From Bacteroidales bacterium (GTDB taxonomy: Bacteria > Bacteroidota > Bacteroidia > Bacteroidales > JAEINX01), in NCBI GenBank assembly GCA_016342645.1, contig JAEINX010000005.1:1-63338 (forward strand): a stretch of 63,338 nucleotides of DNA. The letters run 5' to 3'. The position numbers and the translations under genes are program-made. A model generated the notes under the pieces. That model was not told where the DNA came from. It saw only the letters and a list, made by a program, of their open reading frames with translations, and ran no database searches. Below are positions 35,924 to 45,155 of this stretch, in pieces (the stretch's first letter is position 1; the number at the start of each line of letters is the position of its first letter).

Positions 35924-38900
35924 ATGTTTAAAAAAATCCTTATTATTTTAATTATCTCAGCCTTCATACCATTTAAAATGAACGCTGAATGGGTATCTTT
36001 TGATAAGAAAAAAGTTTCCAATACCCCTCCTAATGTTACACTTATCAGTAACGATAACAACAGTACCGTACTCAAGGTTGAGCTATCAGGATTCAATCTA
36101 AAAGAATTTAATACAGAGGGAACAACTTATCAAACTGTAGATTTGATGACAGAAATATTTACCAATGAATCAGGTTACCCTGAATTACCTCATATCGCAA
36201 AAATATTAGCTATACCTGATCAGTCAGGAGTTTCGATTGAAGTTATTGAAACCGGAAATATTCAAACATTCAAGAATATTTATTTGCCTCCGGCCCGAGT
36301 AAGTTGGTTTGAGGGCCAGCCAGAATCTCCTTATACAGAAAATACTGACGCATATAATTCAAAAGATGTTTATCCTAAAGAAATTGCAAGAATAGACCCA
36401 CCTTCGATCTTTCGTGATTTTCGTATTGCCCGTATTTCTATTTTTCCAATTCGATATTTTCCCGCAAAAAAGGAATTACAAACAATTTCTTCTATTACAG
36501 TTAGGATTAATTATGGAGAAGGGGAGGTAATAAATCCGAAAACTACAGCTCACAAAGCCATCAGTCCTTCATTTGGAAAACTATATCGAAGTTTCATTTT
36601 TAATTATCAAGATGTGCTAAACAATCTTTACGATGGAAGTGAAGATGGGAGAGAATTGATGCTCTGCATTATGCCAGATGAATTTTATGAAAGTTTTCAA
36701 ATATATGCCGATTGGAATCGTCAAAGCGGTACAGATGTGCATGTAACTAAATTCAGTGACATTGGTGCCAATTCCAGTGATCCCGACATCATCAAGGATC
36801 ATGTTGCGAATGCTTATCACAACTGGGAGCATCCGCCAACTTATGTTTTAATCGTGGGCGACAATGGTATCTTTCCCAAAAAAATTGTTTATTATGATTA
36901 TTCATTCCCTAACGAGGATTATTTTGTTGAAATAGATGGAAATGATCATTTTCCTGAAATGATGATAGGGCGTTTTACTAATCAGAGCGACTATCGTATG
37001 CAGGTAATGATAGATAAATATATGAAGTACGAAAAAACCCCATATATTGAAGAAACAGATTGGTTTATGAAAGGTATTTGTTGCTCTAACAACGCATATG
37101 AATCACAAATAGAAACCAAGAGATTTACAGCCTCTTTGATGATGAATGATGGCCATTTTCTTTCAGTCGATACTTTAATGAGCGATGGATCTCCATGGGG
37201 TGGTGGCTGCTCAATGGATTTAGATGATGTAATTGAATGCATAGATGATGGTCGAAGTTATTTAAACTATCGCGGTGAAGGCTGGAGTTCCGGTTGGTGG
37301 GCTCAATGTTACCCTTTTTATAGATCGGATGTATCCGGTTTGGAAAATGGTCAGAAATTTACTTTTGTTACCAGCATTGGTTGTGGAGTTGCTATGTTTA
37401 CAACAGGTGGAGGCAATTGCTTTGGTGAAGAATGGATTCAAATGGGTGATTTTGATGATCCAAAAGGTGGCTGTGCTTTTGTCGGTCCTACTTCCAACAC
37501 TCATACAACTTATAACAACAAGATAGATAAAGGAATTTATATGGGAATGTTTCAGGAAGGAATGGACACTCCTGGACAGGCATTGCTTCGAGGAAAATTT
37601 TATATGTACGAAATTTTCGGAACAGATCCAAGGGTTGAATATCATTACAGAGTTTTTTGTGTTTTAGGAGATCCCAGCTTACATATTTGGAAAAATATTC
37701 CGGAAGTGGTAAATGTTGATTACCCTCCAACAATTCCTGTTGGAAATAATCATCTCGAAATTGAAATTACTGTAGCCGGTTCAGGGCTGCCTGTTAAAAA
37801 TGCACAGCTTTGCATAGTTGGGGAAGAATTCTTTGAAACTTATACCAGTAATTCCTCCGGTATAGCAATAGTTGATATGGTAGTCGAAGTTGAAGAGATA
37901 TTGACAATAACCGTTAGAGGTGGAAATGTATATCCTTTCCAGAGCACAATGGAAGTTGTTCCAGCAACATCTCAGCAAATAGAGTTAGCCTTGGGTTATC
38001 AGTTTGTTTCCTCAAACCGGTCGATCGAGAATCCTGATATGCTTGAAGTCTTGCAAAATAATCTGAACGATAATTTGAATTTTGTAAGAAACTCGGAAGG
38101 TAATATGTTTAGAAAAATTGGCCCGAATTGGGTAAATGGTATTGGCGATTGGATAAGTACCGAAGGATATCTTTTTCTAATGATCGAAGATGATAATTTA
38201 ATAGTATATGGTGATGCTCTTAATCCTCAAACTCCAATAGAATTAAATGCCGGATATCAGTTTGTTAGTTTTTTACCAAATTTAACCTTGAATGCATTAG
38301 ATGCATTTAACAGTATTTTAAATGATAATCTTATGTATATCAGAAACTCGGAAGGAAGCGTTCTAAGAAAAATTGGCCCGAATTGGGTAAATGGCATTGG
38401 TGATGTGAATCCGGATGAAGGTTTTTTAATTAGCATGAATTCCGATGATATTTTAATCTATAATATTTCTGAAAATACTAAAAGCATTTCTAAAGAAAAA
38501 CCACTTCCTATTCACTTCAGTTTCGAAGGAGGTAATCCTGCCGATCCTGTTTTTACTTTATATATTTCCGGCTTGGAAATTGGAGACGAAGTGGCAGCTT
38601 TTGACGGAGAAAAAATATTAGGATCAACGAAAATATCATCAACCTATGTCTTTGATAATGAACTTCCTGTTTTTAGTACTTTAACCGAAGGAAAAGGTTA
38701 TGTTCAGGGAAATCCTATTATATTGAAAGTTTGGAATAATTCTACAAATGATATTGAAATTGTAGAATTTACAATGGATTATGTTTTTGATTCTTACACT
38801 GAAAATGTTTTCCCTTATGATGATGGACAATTCAGTGTTGTTAATATTACAAAATCAATAGTTAAAGAAAGTTTAATTACTATTTACCCAAATCCTGCTG

Positions 38901-39085
38901 AAGATGTAATAAATATTTCCAGTGCAAACCAAATCAATAATGTTAGGATTTTCAATTTTATCGGTCAAATAATTTATCAGGGAAACAGTTCGGCCATAAA
39001 CACAAGTAATTTCAAATCCGGTGTTTATATTATAAAAGTTGAAACAAATGAAAATTCATTAACTGAAAAAATTACGATAAAATAG
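35924..39085 (+). CDS. C25 (gingipain)-like T9SS cargo protein, paralog 1
   Basis: Signal peptide. C25-like core (YVLIVGDNGIFP, MIGRFT, LNYRGEGW, SIGCGVAMF, VLGDPSLHIW). C-terminal T9SS type A sorting domain (IYPNPAEDVINIS...GVYIIKVET...ITIK). Confidence 0.75.
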   Translation: MFKKILIILIISAFIPFKMNAEWVSFDKKKVSNTPPNVTLISNDNNSTVLKVELSGFNLKEFNTEGTTYQTVDLMTEIFTNESGYPELPHIAKILAIPDQSGVSIEVIETGNIQTFKNIYLPPARVSWFEGQPESPYTENTDAYNSKDVYPKEIARIDPPSIFRDFRIARISIFPIRYFPAKKELQTISSITVRINYGEGEVINPKTTAHKAISPSFGKLYRSFIFNYQDVLNNLYDGSEDGRELMLCIMPDEFYESFQIYADWNRQSGTDVHVTKFSDIGANSSDPDIIKDHVANAYHNWEHPPTYVLIVGDNGIFPKKIVYYDYSFPNEDYFVEIDGNDHFPEMMIGRFTNQSDYRMQVMIDKYMKYEKTPYIEETDWFMKGICCSNNAYESQIETKRFTASLMMNDGHFLSVDTLMSDGSPWGGGCSMDLDDVIECIDDGRSYLNYRGEGWSSGWWAQCYPFYRSDVSGLENGQKFTFVTSIGCGVAMFTTGGGNCFGEEWIQMGDFDDPKGGCAFVGPTSNTHTTYNNKIDKGIYMGMFQEGMDTPGQALLRGKFYMYEIFGTDPRVEYHYRVFCVLGDPSLHIWKNIPEVVNVDYPPTIPVGNNHLEIEITVAGSGLPVKNAQLCIVGEEFFETYTSNSSGIAIVDMVVEVEEILTITVRGGNVYPFQSTMEVVPATSQQIELALGYQFVSSNRSIENPDMLEVLQNNLNDNLNFVRNSEGNMFRKIGPNWVNGIGDWISTEGYLFLMIEDDNLIVYGDALNPQTPIELNAGYQFVSFLPNLTLNALDAFNSILNDNLMYIRNSEGSVLRKIGPNWVNGIGDVNPDEGFLISMNSDDILIYNISENTKSISKEKPLPIHFSFEGGNPADPVFTLYISGLEIGDEVAAFDGEKILGSTKISSTYVFDNELPVFSTLTEGKGYVQGNPIILKVWNNSTNDIEIVEFTMDYVFDSYTENVFPYDDGQFSVVNITKSIVKESLITIYPNPAEDVINISSANQINNVRIFNFIGQIIYQGNSSAINTSNFKSGVYIIKVETNENSLTEKITIK

Positions 39086-39107
39086 AGATCATAAAATATG
39101 CAATTTT

Positions 39108-39139
39108 AAGGCTGTCTTTACTTGAAGGCAGCCTTTTTT
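39108..39139 (+). terminator. rho-independent-like terminator after paralog 1
   Basis: aaggctgtc / ggcagcctt stem followed by a T tract, about 20 nt after the stop. Confidence 0.6.
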
Positions 39140-39323
39140 GATTAATTTATTTTGGAATAAGGCAAATTAAAATTTAATATCCTCCGAAAATCTTTGCAGG
39201 CTTAGATTGATTTCAGTTTCAATAAGCTTGAAAATACAAACGAGATTTAATGTTATAAGTAAGTTGATTGTGGGATAAAATATTTTTATAAGTACTACTT
39301 CATAATGCTTTAGCATGTACTAA

Positions 39324-39350
39324 TGCAACCTTTTTTTGAGCTGGTTGTCT
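39324..39350 (+). promoter_or_regulatory. TGCAAC-N16-TGTCT motif, copy 2
   Basis: Same motif and spacing as copies 1 and 3. 54 nt to the ATG. Confidence 0.45.
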
Positions 39351-39404
39351 TAAATATTATAATTAATTGGGTAATAAATTATTTATTAACAAAATGATAA
39401 AATT

Positions 39405-42400
39405 ATGTTTAAAAAAGTACTAATTGTTTTAATTATTGCAGCATTCATTCCATTTAAAATGAATGCTGAATGGGTATCAATTGATAAAGATAAAGTATCA
39501 AATACCCCTCCTAAAGTTACCTTAATCAGCAATGATGACAATAGCACTATAATTAAAATTGAGTTATCGGGATTCAATGTAAAAGAAATTAATTCTGAAG
39601 GAAAAACTTACCAGGCTATTGATTTAATGACAGAAAGTGTTGTAACCGAACCTGGCCTTCCTGCATTGTCATACATTGCGAAAGTATTGGCAATTCCTGA
39701 TCAATCAGGTATTAGTGTTGAAGTGTTGGAAACAGGAGATATTCAAACTTTTAAGAATATCTACTTACCTCCTGCTCGTAAAAGTTGGAGTGAAGGGCAT
39801 CCTGAAACACCCTACATAGAAAACCCTGAAGCATATAATTCCTCAGGGCCTTATCCTGAAGAGTTTGCTATGGTTGATCGCCCATCCATTCTTCGTGATT
39901 TTCGTATTGCCCGTGTTTCTGTTTTTCCGGTCCGTTATTTTTCTGCAAAAAATGAAATTGAAGTTGCTTCTTCAATAACAATTCGGGTGAATTATGGTGA
40001 AGGTGAAGTCGTAAATCCAAAAACAAGCGCAAGTAAAGCTATAAGCCCTTCATTTGGAAAATTATACAGAAGCTTTATTTTTAATTACCAAGATGTATTA
40101 GATCGACTCTATGGTGGTACTGAAGATGGCCAGGAATTAATGTTATGTATAATGCCGGATGATTTTTTTGAAAGTTTTCAACTTTATGCCGATTGGAACC
40201 GTCAAAGCGGTACTGATATTCATATAACCAAATTTAGCGACATTGACGCTAATTCCAGTAATCCTGATATTATTAAAGATCATATAACCGATGCTTATTA
40301 TAATTGGGAGCATCCGCCAACTTATGTTTTAATAGTTGGTGACAATGGGGTTTTTCCAAAAAAAACTATTACTATGGATGGTTGGACTTTTCCTTACGAG
40401 GGTTATTTTACAGAAATTGAAGGTAACGACTTTTTCCCTGACTTATTTATTGGCCGTTTTACAAACCAGGGTGATTATCGTTTACAGGTTATGATATATA
40501 AATATTTGCTATACGAAAAAACTCCTTATATTGAAGAAACCGATTGGTATCTCAAAGGAATTTGTTGTTCAAATAATGCTTATCAGTCTCAAGTTGAAAC
40601 TAAACGATTTGCTGCTCAAATTATGATGGAAGATGGCCATTTTACAACCGTTGATACTTTGATGAGCGACGGATCACAATGGGGAGGTAATTGCACAATG
40701 GACGTCGAAGATATTATGGCTGTACTTGACGAGGGCCGCGGTTGGTTAAATTATCGGGGAGAAGGATGGACTTCTGGATGGAATGCTAATTGCTATAACT
40801 TTTATAAATCAGACGTATATGATTTAGTGAATGGCCGGAAAATGCCTTTTGTAACAAGTATTGGCTGTGGTGTTGCAATGTTTGATTCAGGTACGGATAA
40901 TTGTTTTGGTGAAGGATGGATTCAAATGGGTGATTTTGATAATCCCGGAGGTGGAGTTGCTTTTCTTGGCCCAACAACAAACACGCATACAACTTACAAC
41001 AACAAAATTGATATGGGGATTTATATGGGAATGTTCCAGGAAGGTATGGATGATCCGGGTCAGGCACTTTTGAGAGGGAAATATTATTTGTATGAAGTTT
41101 ACGGAACAGATTACTTTGTTGAATATCACTTTAAAGTATATTGTGTTTTAGGTGATCCCAGCCTGCATATCTGGAAAGATATTCCACAAATAGTGAATAT
41201 TGAATTTCCTGATACAATTCAAGTTGGTTTAAATCATCTCGAAATGCAAATTACATTTGATGCCTCGGGATTACCTGTTGAAAAGGCAGAACTTTGCTTA
41301 GTTGGAGAAAACTTTTTTGGAACATATAACAGCAACGAAAATGGTATGGTAATTATTGATATTGCACCCGAAGTTGAAGAAATATTAACTTTAACGGTTC
41401 GTGGAGGAAATGTTTATCCTCTTCAGGATACCATAGTTGTCGTTGAGGCCACATCTCAGAATCTTCAATTAAATTTGGGTTATCAGTTTATTTCATCAAA
41501 TCGTTCGCCCCAAAATCCCGATATGCTTGAAGTATTGGCAAATAATCTAAACGATAATCTCGATTTTGTCAGAAACTCCGAAGGTAATATGTTTAGAAAA
41601 ATCGGGCCGAATTGGGTAAACGGTATAGGCGACTGGATAACTGACGAAGGATATTTATTTAAAATGAACGAGCCTGATGTTTTAGTAATTACCGGAGCTG
41701 CAGTTGATCCTCAAACTCCAATCGAATTAAATCAGGGTTATCAATTTGTCAGTTATTTGCCAAATGAAACAATGAATGCATTGGATGCATTTAGCGGCAT
41801 TTTAAATGATAACCTAAGTTTTATCAGAAATTCGGCAGGTAATATTTTAAGAAAAATTGGCCCGAATTGGGTAAATGGCATAGGTGATGTAAATCCCGGT
41901 GAAGGATATTTAATTAATATGTTTTCCGATGATATTTTAATATACAATACTACCGAAAAAACAAAAACCAGTTCTTATACCAAGCCTTTACCTGTTCATT
42001 TTAAATTCGAAGGCGGTAATTCGGCCGATCCTGTATATACTTTATATGTTTCAGGCCTTGAAATTGGAGACGAAGTAGCAGCTTTCGAAGGAGAAAAAAT
42101 GATAGGGGCAACAAAAATATCTTCAACATATCATTTAAATAATGAGCTTGCTGTATTTAGTACTTTACACGATGGACAAGGTTATGTTGAAGGAAATCCG
42201 ATAATACTGAAAATTTGGAATAACGCTTCAAATGATATTGAAGTTGTGAAATTTACAATGAATCATATTTTTGGTGCTTACGCCGAAAATGTTTACCCAA
42301 GTGAAGACGGTGAATTTAGCATTGTTAATGTTACAAAATCAACTATTAAAGAAAATTCAATTACGATTTTCCCAAATCCGGCTGAAGATGTAATTAATAT

Positions 42401-42569
42401 TTCCAGTACAAACAAAATCAAAAATGTTGCAATTTATAATTTTGTTGGCCAAAAGCTTTATAGCGGAAATGATGTAAAAATATATACCGATAATTTCAAA
42501 TCCGGTATTTACATTATCAAAGTTGAAACAAACGAAGGTACAATAACCGAAAAGATTACAATAAAATAG
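39405..42569 (+). CDS. C25 (gingipain)-like T9SS cargo protein, paralog 2
   Basis: Collinear with paralog 1 along its full length, with the same motifs and the same T9SS C-terminal domain. Confidence 0.75.
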   Translation: MFKKVLIVLIIAAFIPFKMNAEWVSIDKDKVSNTPPKVTLISNDDNSTIIKIELSGFNVKEINSEGKTYQAIDLMTESVVTEPGLPALSYIAKVLAIPDQSGISVEVLETGDIQTFKNIYLPPARKSWSEGHPETPYIENPEAYNSSGPYPEEFAMVDRPSILRDFRIARVSVFPVRYFSAKNEIEVASSITIRVNYGEGEVVNPKTSASKAISPSFGKLYRSFIFNYQDVLDRLYGGTEDGQELMLCIMPDDFFESFQLYADWNRQSGTDIHITKFSDIDANSSNPDIIKDHITDAYYNWEHPPTYVLIVGDNGVFPKKTITMDGWTFPYEGYFTEIEGNDFFPDLFIGRFTNQGDYRLQVMIYKYLLYEKTPYIEETDWYLKGICCSNNAYQSQVETKRFAAQIMMEDGHFTTVDTLMSDGSQWGGNCTMDVEDIMAVLDEGRGWLNYRGEGWTSGWNANCYNFYKSDVYDLVNGRKMPFVTSIGCGVAMFDSGTDNCFGEGWIQMGDFDNPGGGVAFLGPTTNTHTTYNNKIDMGIYMGMFQEGMDDPGQALLRGKYYLYEVYGTDYFVEYHFKVYCVLGDPSLHIWKDIPQIVNIEFPDTIQVGLNHLEMQITFDASGLPVEKAELCLVGENFFGTYNSNENGMVIIDIAPEVEEILTLTVRGGNVYPLQDTIVVVEATSQNLQLNLGYQFISSNRSPQNPDMLEVLANNLNDNLDFVRNSEGNMFRKIGPNWVNGIGDWITDEGYLFKMNEPDVLVITGAAVDPQTPIELNQGYQFVSYLPNETMNALDAFSGILNDNLSFIRNSAGNILRKIGPNWVNGIGDVNPGEGYLINMFSDDILIYNTTEKTKTSSYTKPLPVHFKFEGGNSADPVYTLYVSGLEIGDEVAAFEGEKMIGATKISSTYHLNNELAVFSTLHDGQGYVEGNPIILKIWNNASNDIEVVKFTMNHIFGAYAENVYPSEDGEFSIVNVTKSTIKENSITIFPNPAEDVINISSTNKIKNVAIYNFVGQKLYSGNDVKIYTDNFKSGIYIIKVETNEGTITEKITIK

Positions 42570-42602
42570 TTAATGAATGAATAATAGAATGAGTGAATGA
42601 TT

Positions 42603-42635
42603 GAATGGGTGAATGTTTTAAATATTCACCCATTC
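42603..42635 (+). terminator. hairpin terminator after paralog 2
   Basis: Perfect 12-bp inverted repeat gaatgggtgaat / attcacccattc with a 9-nt loop, followed by a T-rich run. Confidence 0.6.
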
Positions 42636-42693
42636 TCTTTTTATCATTTTCTGTTTTATACTTGAATATTGCTAATAAAACCGGATAAGTCTC

Positions 42694-42882
42694 TTCCGAC
42701 ACCTGCCCGACCATTTCCGACACCTGCCCGACCATTTCCGACACCTGCGCGACCATTTCCGACACCTGCTCGACCATTTCCGACCCTTGCTCGACCATTT
42801 TCGACACCTGCTCGACCATTTCCGACACCTGCCCGACCATTTCCGACACTTGCGCGACCTCTTCCGACACTTGCGCAGCTTT
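42694..42882. repeat. 21-bp tandem repeat array (ttccgacacctgcccgaccat, about 9 copies)
   Basis: Contiguous units can be read directly with point variants. GC-rich relative to the flanks. Both strands stay open only because of the repeat. Confidence 0.85.
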
Positions 42883-43246
42883 ATACGAGTCTTGATCTGT
42901 TACTTCCGAGGCTTGTCGAGTCGTTTTTCCTCCATCCTTATGATTTTTTTTCAGAAAAAACACTTGCGATATTGAAATATTTTTTATATTTCCTCTGAAA
43001 AAAAACTTTAAATAAATAGGTCAAAGGGAACCTCCGTATAAATTTTTTCATATGTTTGTGTATATTTATATGAAAAAATTTATGTCGGTTTGTAGAGAAG
43101 AAAAAACAAATATTAAGAAAAATAAAATGATTCACGCAAAGCCCGCAGACGAATCGCAAAGAATTGTTAAGGTTTCAAATCCCCAAAGGGGTTGGAAACC
43201 TTAAATCTAAATGATATCATAATAAACAAAAATACAGGGAGGAATT

Positions 43247-45115
43247 ATGAAAAAACTTTACAAAAATTATTTAATGATAATTTGCTTGGTAGTATTTAGC
43301 ATATTATCAACAAACATAAATGCACAGCATTTTAACTTTGAAGGAGGAAATCCCTCAGAGCCGTTTTGGACATTATATATTGCCGAAGCAACAGTAAATA
43401 GTATTGACCTTGAAGCCGGAGATGAAATAGCTGTTTTCGATAGCGAAATTATGGTTGGTGCATTTACCTTAACACAAGTTTGTACTCCCGAAAACCAATT
43501 CGATAATGTTCTATTAGCATTTTCCACACTTGCAAGCGGAAGCACAGGATACACAACCGGAAATAATGTTTTATTTAAATGCTGGGATGCAAGCCTCGAA
43601 ATTGAAATTACGGACTTTGAAATAAACTTTGATAATCCTTACGGAGATGCATGGATACAAAGTGTATTTCCTGCCGATGATGGGGAATATAGTCTAATAC
43701 ATTTGGATTTTGAATGGATACATACTGGAAACCTTGCCGGTACAATAACTGATGAAATAAATTCTCAACCCATTGTTGGAGCATTTGTTGAAGTAACAGG
43801 CGACTTATCTTATAGCGGTACAGCAAATGCTAACGGTAATTATTTAATTGAAGATATTGAAGTTGGTACTTATAGTGTTACTGCAAGTGCCGAGGGTTAT
43901 TTTCCGAAAACTATTAATGGTGAAGAAATACTTGCCGGTGAAACAACAACACTTGACTTTGTATTGGAACCAATTATTCAAACACAAACCTATAATTTGG
44001 TAGAAGGATATCAAATGATTTCATCACGTTTAATTTCTGAAGAGCCGAATATGCAAAATATTCTTGAGGGAATATTAGATAATCTTGATTTTGTTAGAAA
44101 TTCTGAAGGCTTTATGTTAAGAAAAATTGGCCCTAACTGGGTAAACAGTATAGGTGATTGGGTAACTACTGAAGGCTATTTATTTAAAATGAATGCTAAC
44201 GATAGTTTTGTTATTAGCGGTGAACCAGTCAATGTATCAACGCCAAAGGAGCTTAATACAGGATACCAGATAATAAGTTATTTGCCATCTGAACCCAGAG
44301 ATTGTGAAGAAGTATTTACATTTATATTGGATAATCTGGATTTTGTTAGAAATACAAGCGGTTTTATGTTAAAAAAGATAGGCCCTTTCTGGGTAAATAA
44401 TATAGGAAATATGCAGCCCGGCGAAGGATATTTAGTTAAAATGAATGCCGATGATGTTTTAACTTATACATTTACAAATTGTGGCGATCCATTTACAGAT
44501 TTACGTGACGGTAAAATATATAATACAGTACAAATTGGAAACCAATGTTGGATGGCGGAAAACCTTAATATTGGAGAAATGATAAACGGTATTGAAGAAA
44601 TGAACAATAACAGTATAATTGAGAAGTATTGTTATGATGATGACTCGGATAATTGTGATGAATATGGTGGTTTATACCAATGGGATGAAATGATGCAATA
44701 CGTAACCACCGAAGGTACTCAGGGTATATGCTCTGAAGGCTGGCATATTCCTACCGATGATGAATGGAAAATTCTGGAAGGAACTGTTGATAGCCAATAT
44801 TTAGTTGGTGACCCGATTTGGAACAACATTGGTGGAAGAGGATATGATGTAGGCTTAAATTTAAAATCAGTTAATGGTTGGTATAATAATGGAAATGGAA
44901 TAGATTTATATGGCTTTTCTGTTCTACCAAGCGGATTCTACAATCATAATAGTGGTAATTTTAGTTCAATCGGAAAAGAAACATACATTTGGACTTCAAC
45001 AAAGGACGATAACAATACAGCATGGTGCCGCGGTTTATTCTACTTTGATGAAAACGTGTATCGCAACTATGCTTTTAATGCTCAAGGTTGGAGTGTTCGA
45101 TGTTTGCTGGATTAG
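43247..45115 (+). CDS. secreted multidomain protein with a C-terminal FISUMP (Fibrobacter succinogenes major paralogous) domain
   Basis: Signal peptide. CarboxypepD_reg-like segment (GNYLIEDIEVGTYSVTASAEGY). FISUMP pattern at the C-terminus (DGKIYNTVQIGNQCWMAENLN...GGLYQW...CSEGWHIPTDDEW). Shares modules with the C25-like paralogs. Confidence 0.75.
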   Translation: MKKLYKNYLMIICLVVFSILSTNINAQHFNFEGGNPSEPFWTLYIAEATVNSIDLEAGDEIAVFDSEIMVGAFTLTQVCTPENQFDNVLLAFSTLASGSTGYTTGNNVLFKCWDASLEIEITDFEINFDNPYGDAWIQSVFPADDGEYSLIHLDFEWIHTGNLAGTITDEINSQPIVGAFVEVTGDLSYSGTANANGNYLIEDIEVGTYSVTASAEGYFPKTINGEEILAGETTTLDFVLEPIIQTQTYNLVEGYQMISSRLISEEPNMQNILEGILDNLDFVRNSEGFMLRKIGPNWVNSIGDWVTTEGYLFKMNANDSFVISGEPVNVSTPKELNTGYQIISYLPSEPRDCEEVFTFILDNLDFVRNTSGFMLKKIGPFWVNNIGNMQPGEGYLVKMNADDVLTYTFTNCGDPFTDLRDGKIYNTVQIGNQCWMAENLNIGEMINGIEEMNNNSIIEKYCYDDDSDNCDEYGGLYQWDEMMQYVTTEGTQGICSEGWHIPTDDEWKILEGTVDSQYLVGDPIWNNIGGRGYDVGLNLKSVNGWYNNGNGIDLYGFSVLPSGFYNHNSGNFSSIGKETYIWTSTKDDNNTAWCRGLFYFDENVYRNYAFNAQGWSVRCLLD

Positions 45116-45155
45116 TTTTTTTTTGATTATTTAGGCATTAACTGTAATTTGAAAA

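Noticed and set aside
35905-36096. Conserved 62-63-aa antisense ORFs overlapping the 5' ends of all three C25-like paralogs (also 39386-39577 and 49615-49803).
   Set aside because: Their conservation is a by-product of the conserved signal-peptide and N-terminal coding sequence on the plus strand. They start inside the sense gene.
42694-42882. CRISPR array (also considered for 58131-58464).
   Set aside because: The units are contiguous with no unique spacers. The 21-bp period is shorter than CRISPR repeat-plus-spacer units. No cas genes are in the window.
42556-42998. 135-aa minus-strand ORF (VGQVSEM heptads) and 109-aa plus-strand ORF (PTPARPF heptads) across the 21-bp array.
   Set aside because: Both strands are open only because of the in-phase repeat. 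The minus-strand ORF runs through the terminator hairpin and overlaps the end of paralog 2. There is no convincing start context. Not called as CDS.
43169-43202. tRNA-like signal (ggtttcaaatcccc resembles a T-arm) upstream of the FISUMP gene.
   Set aside because: It is just an interrupted inverted repeat (aaggtttc..cccc / gggg..gaaacctt). There are no acceptor, D or anticodon arms. It may be a regulatory hairpin, but this is unsupported.
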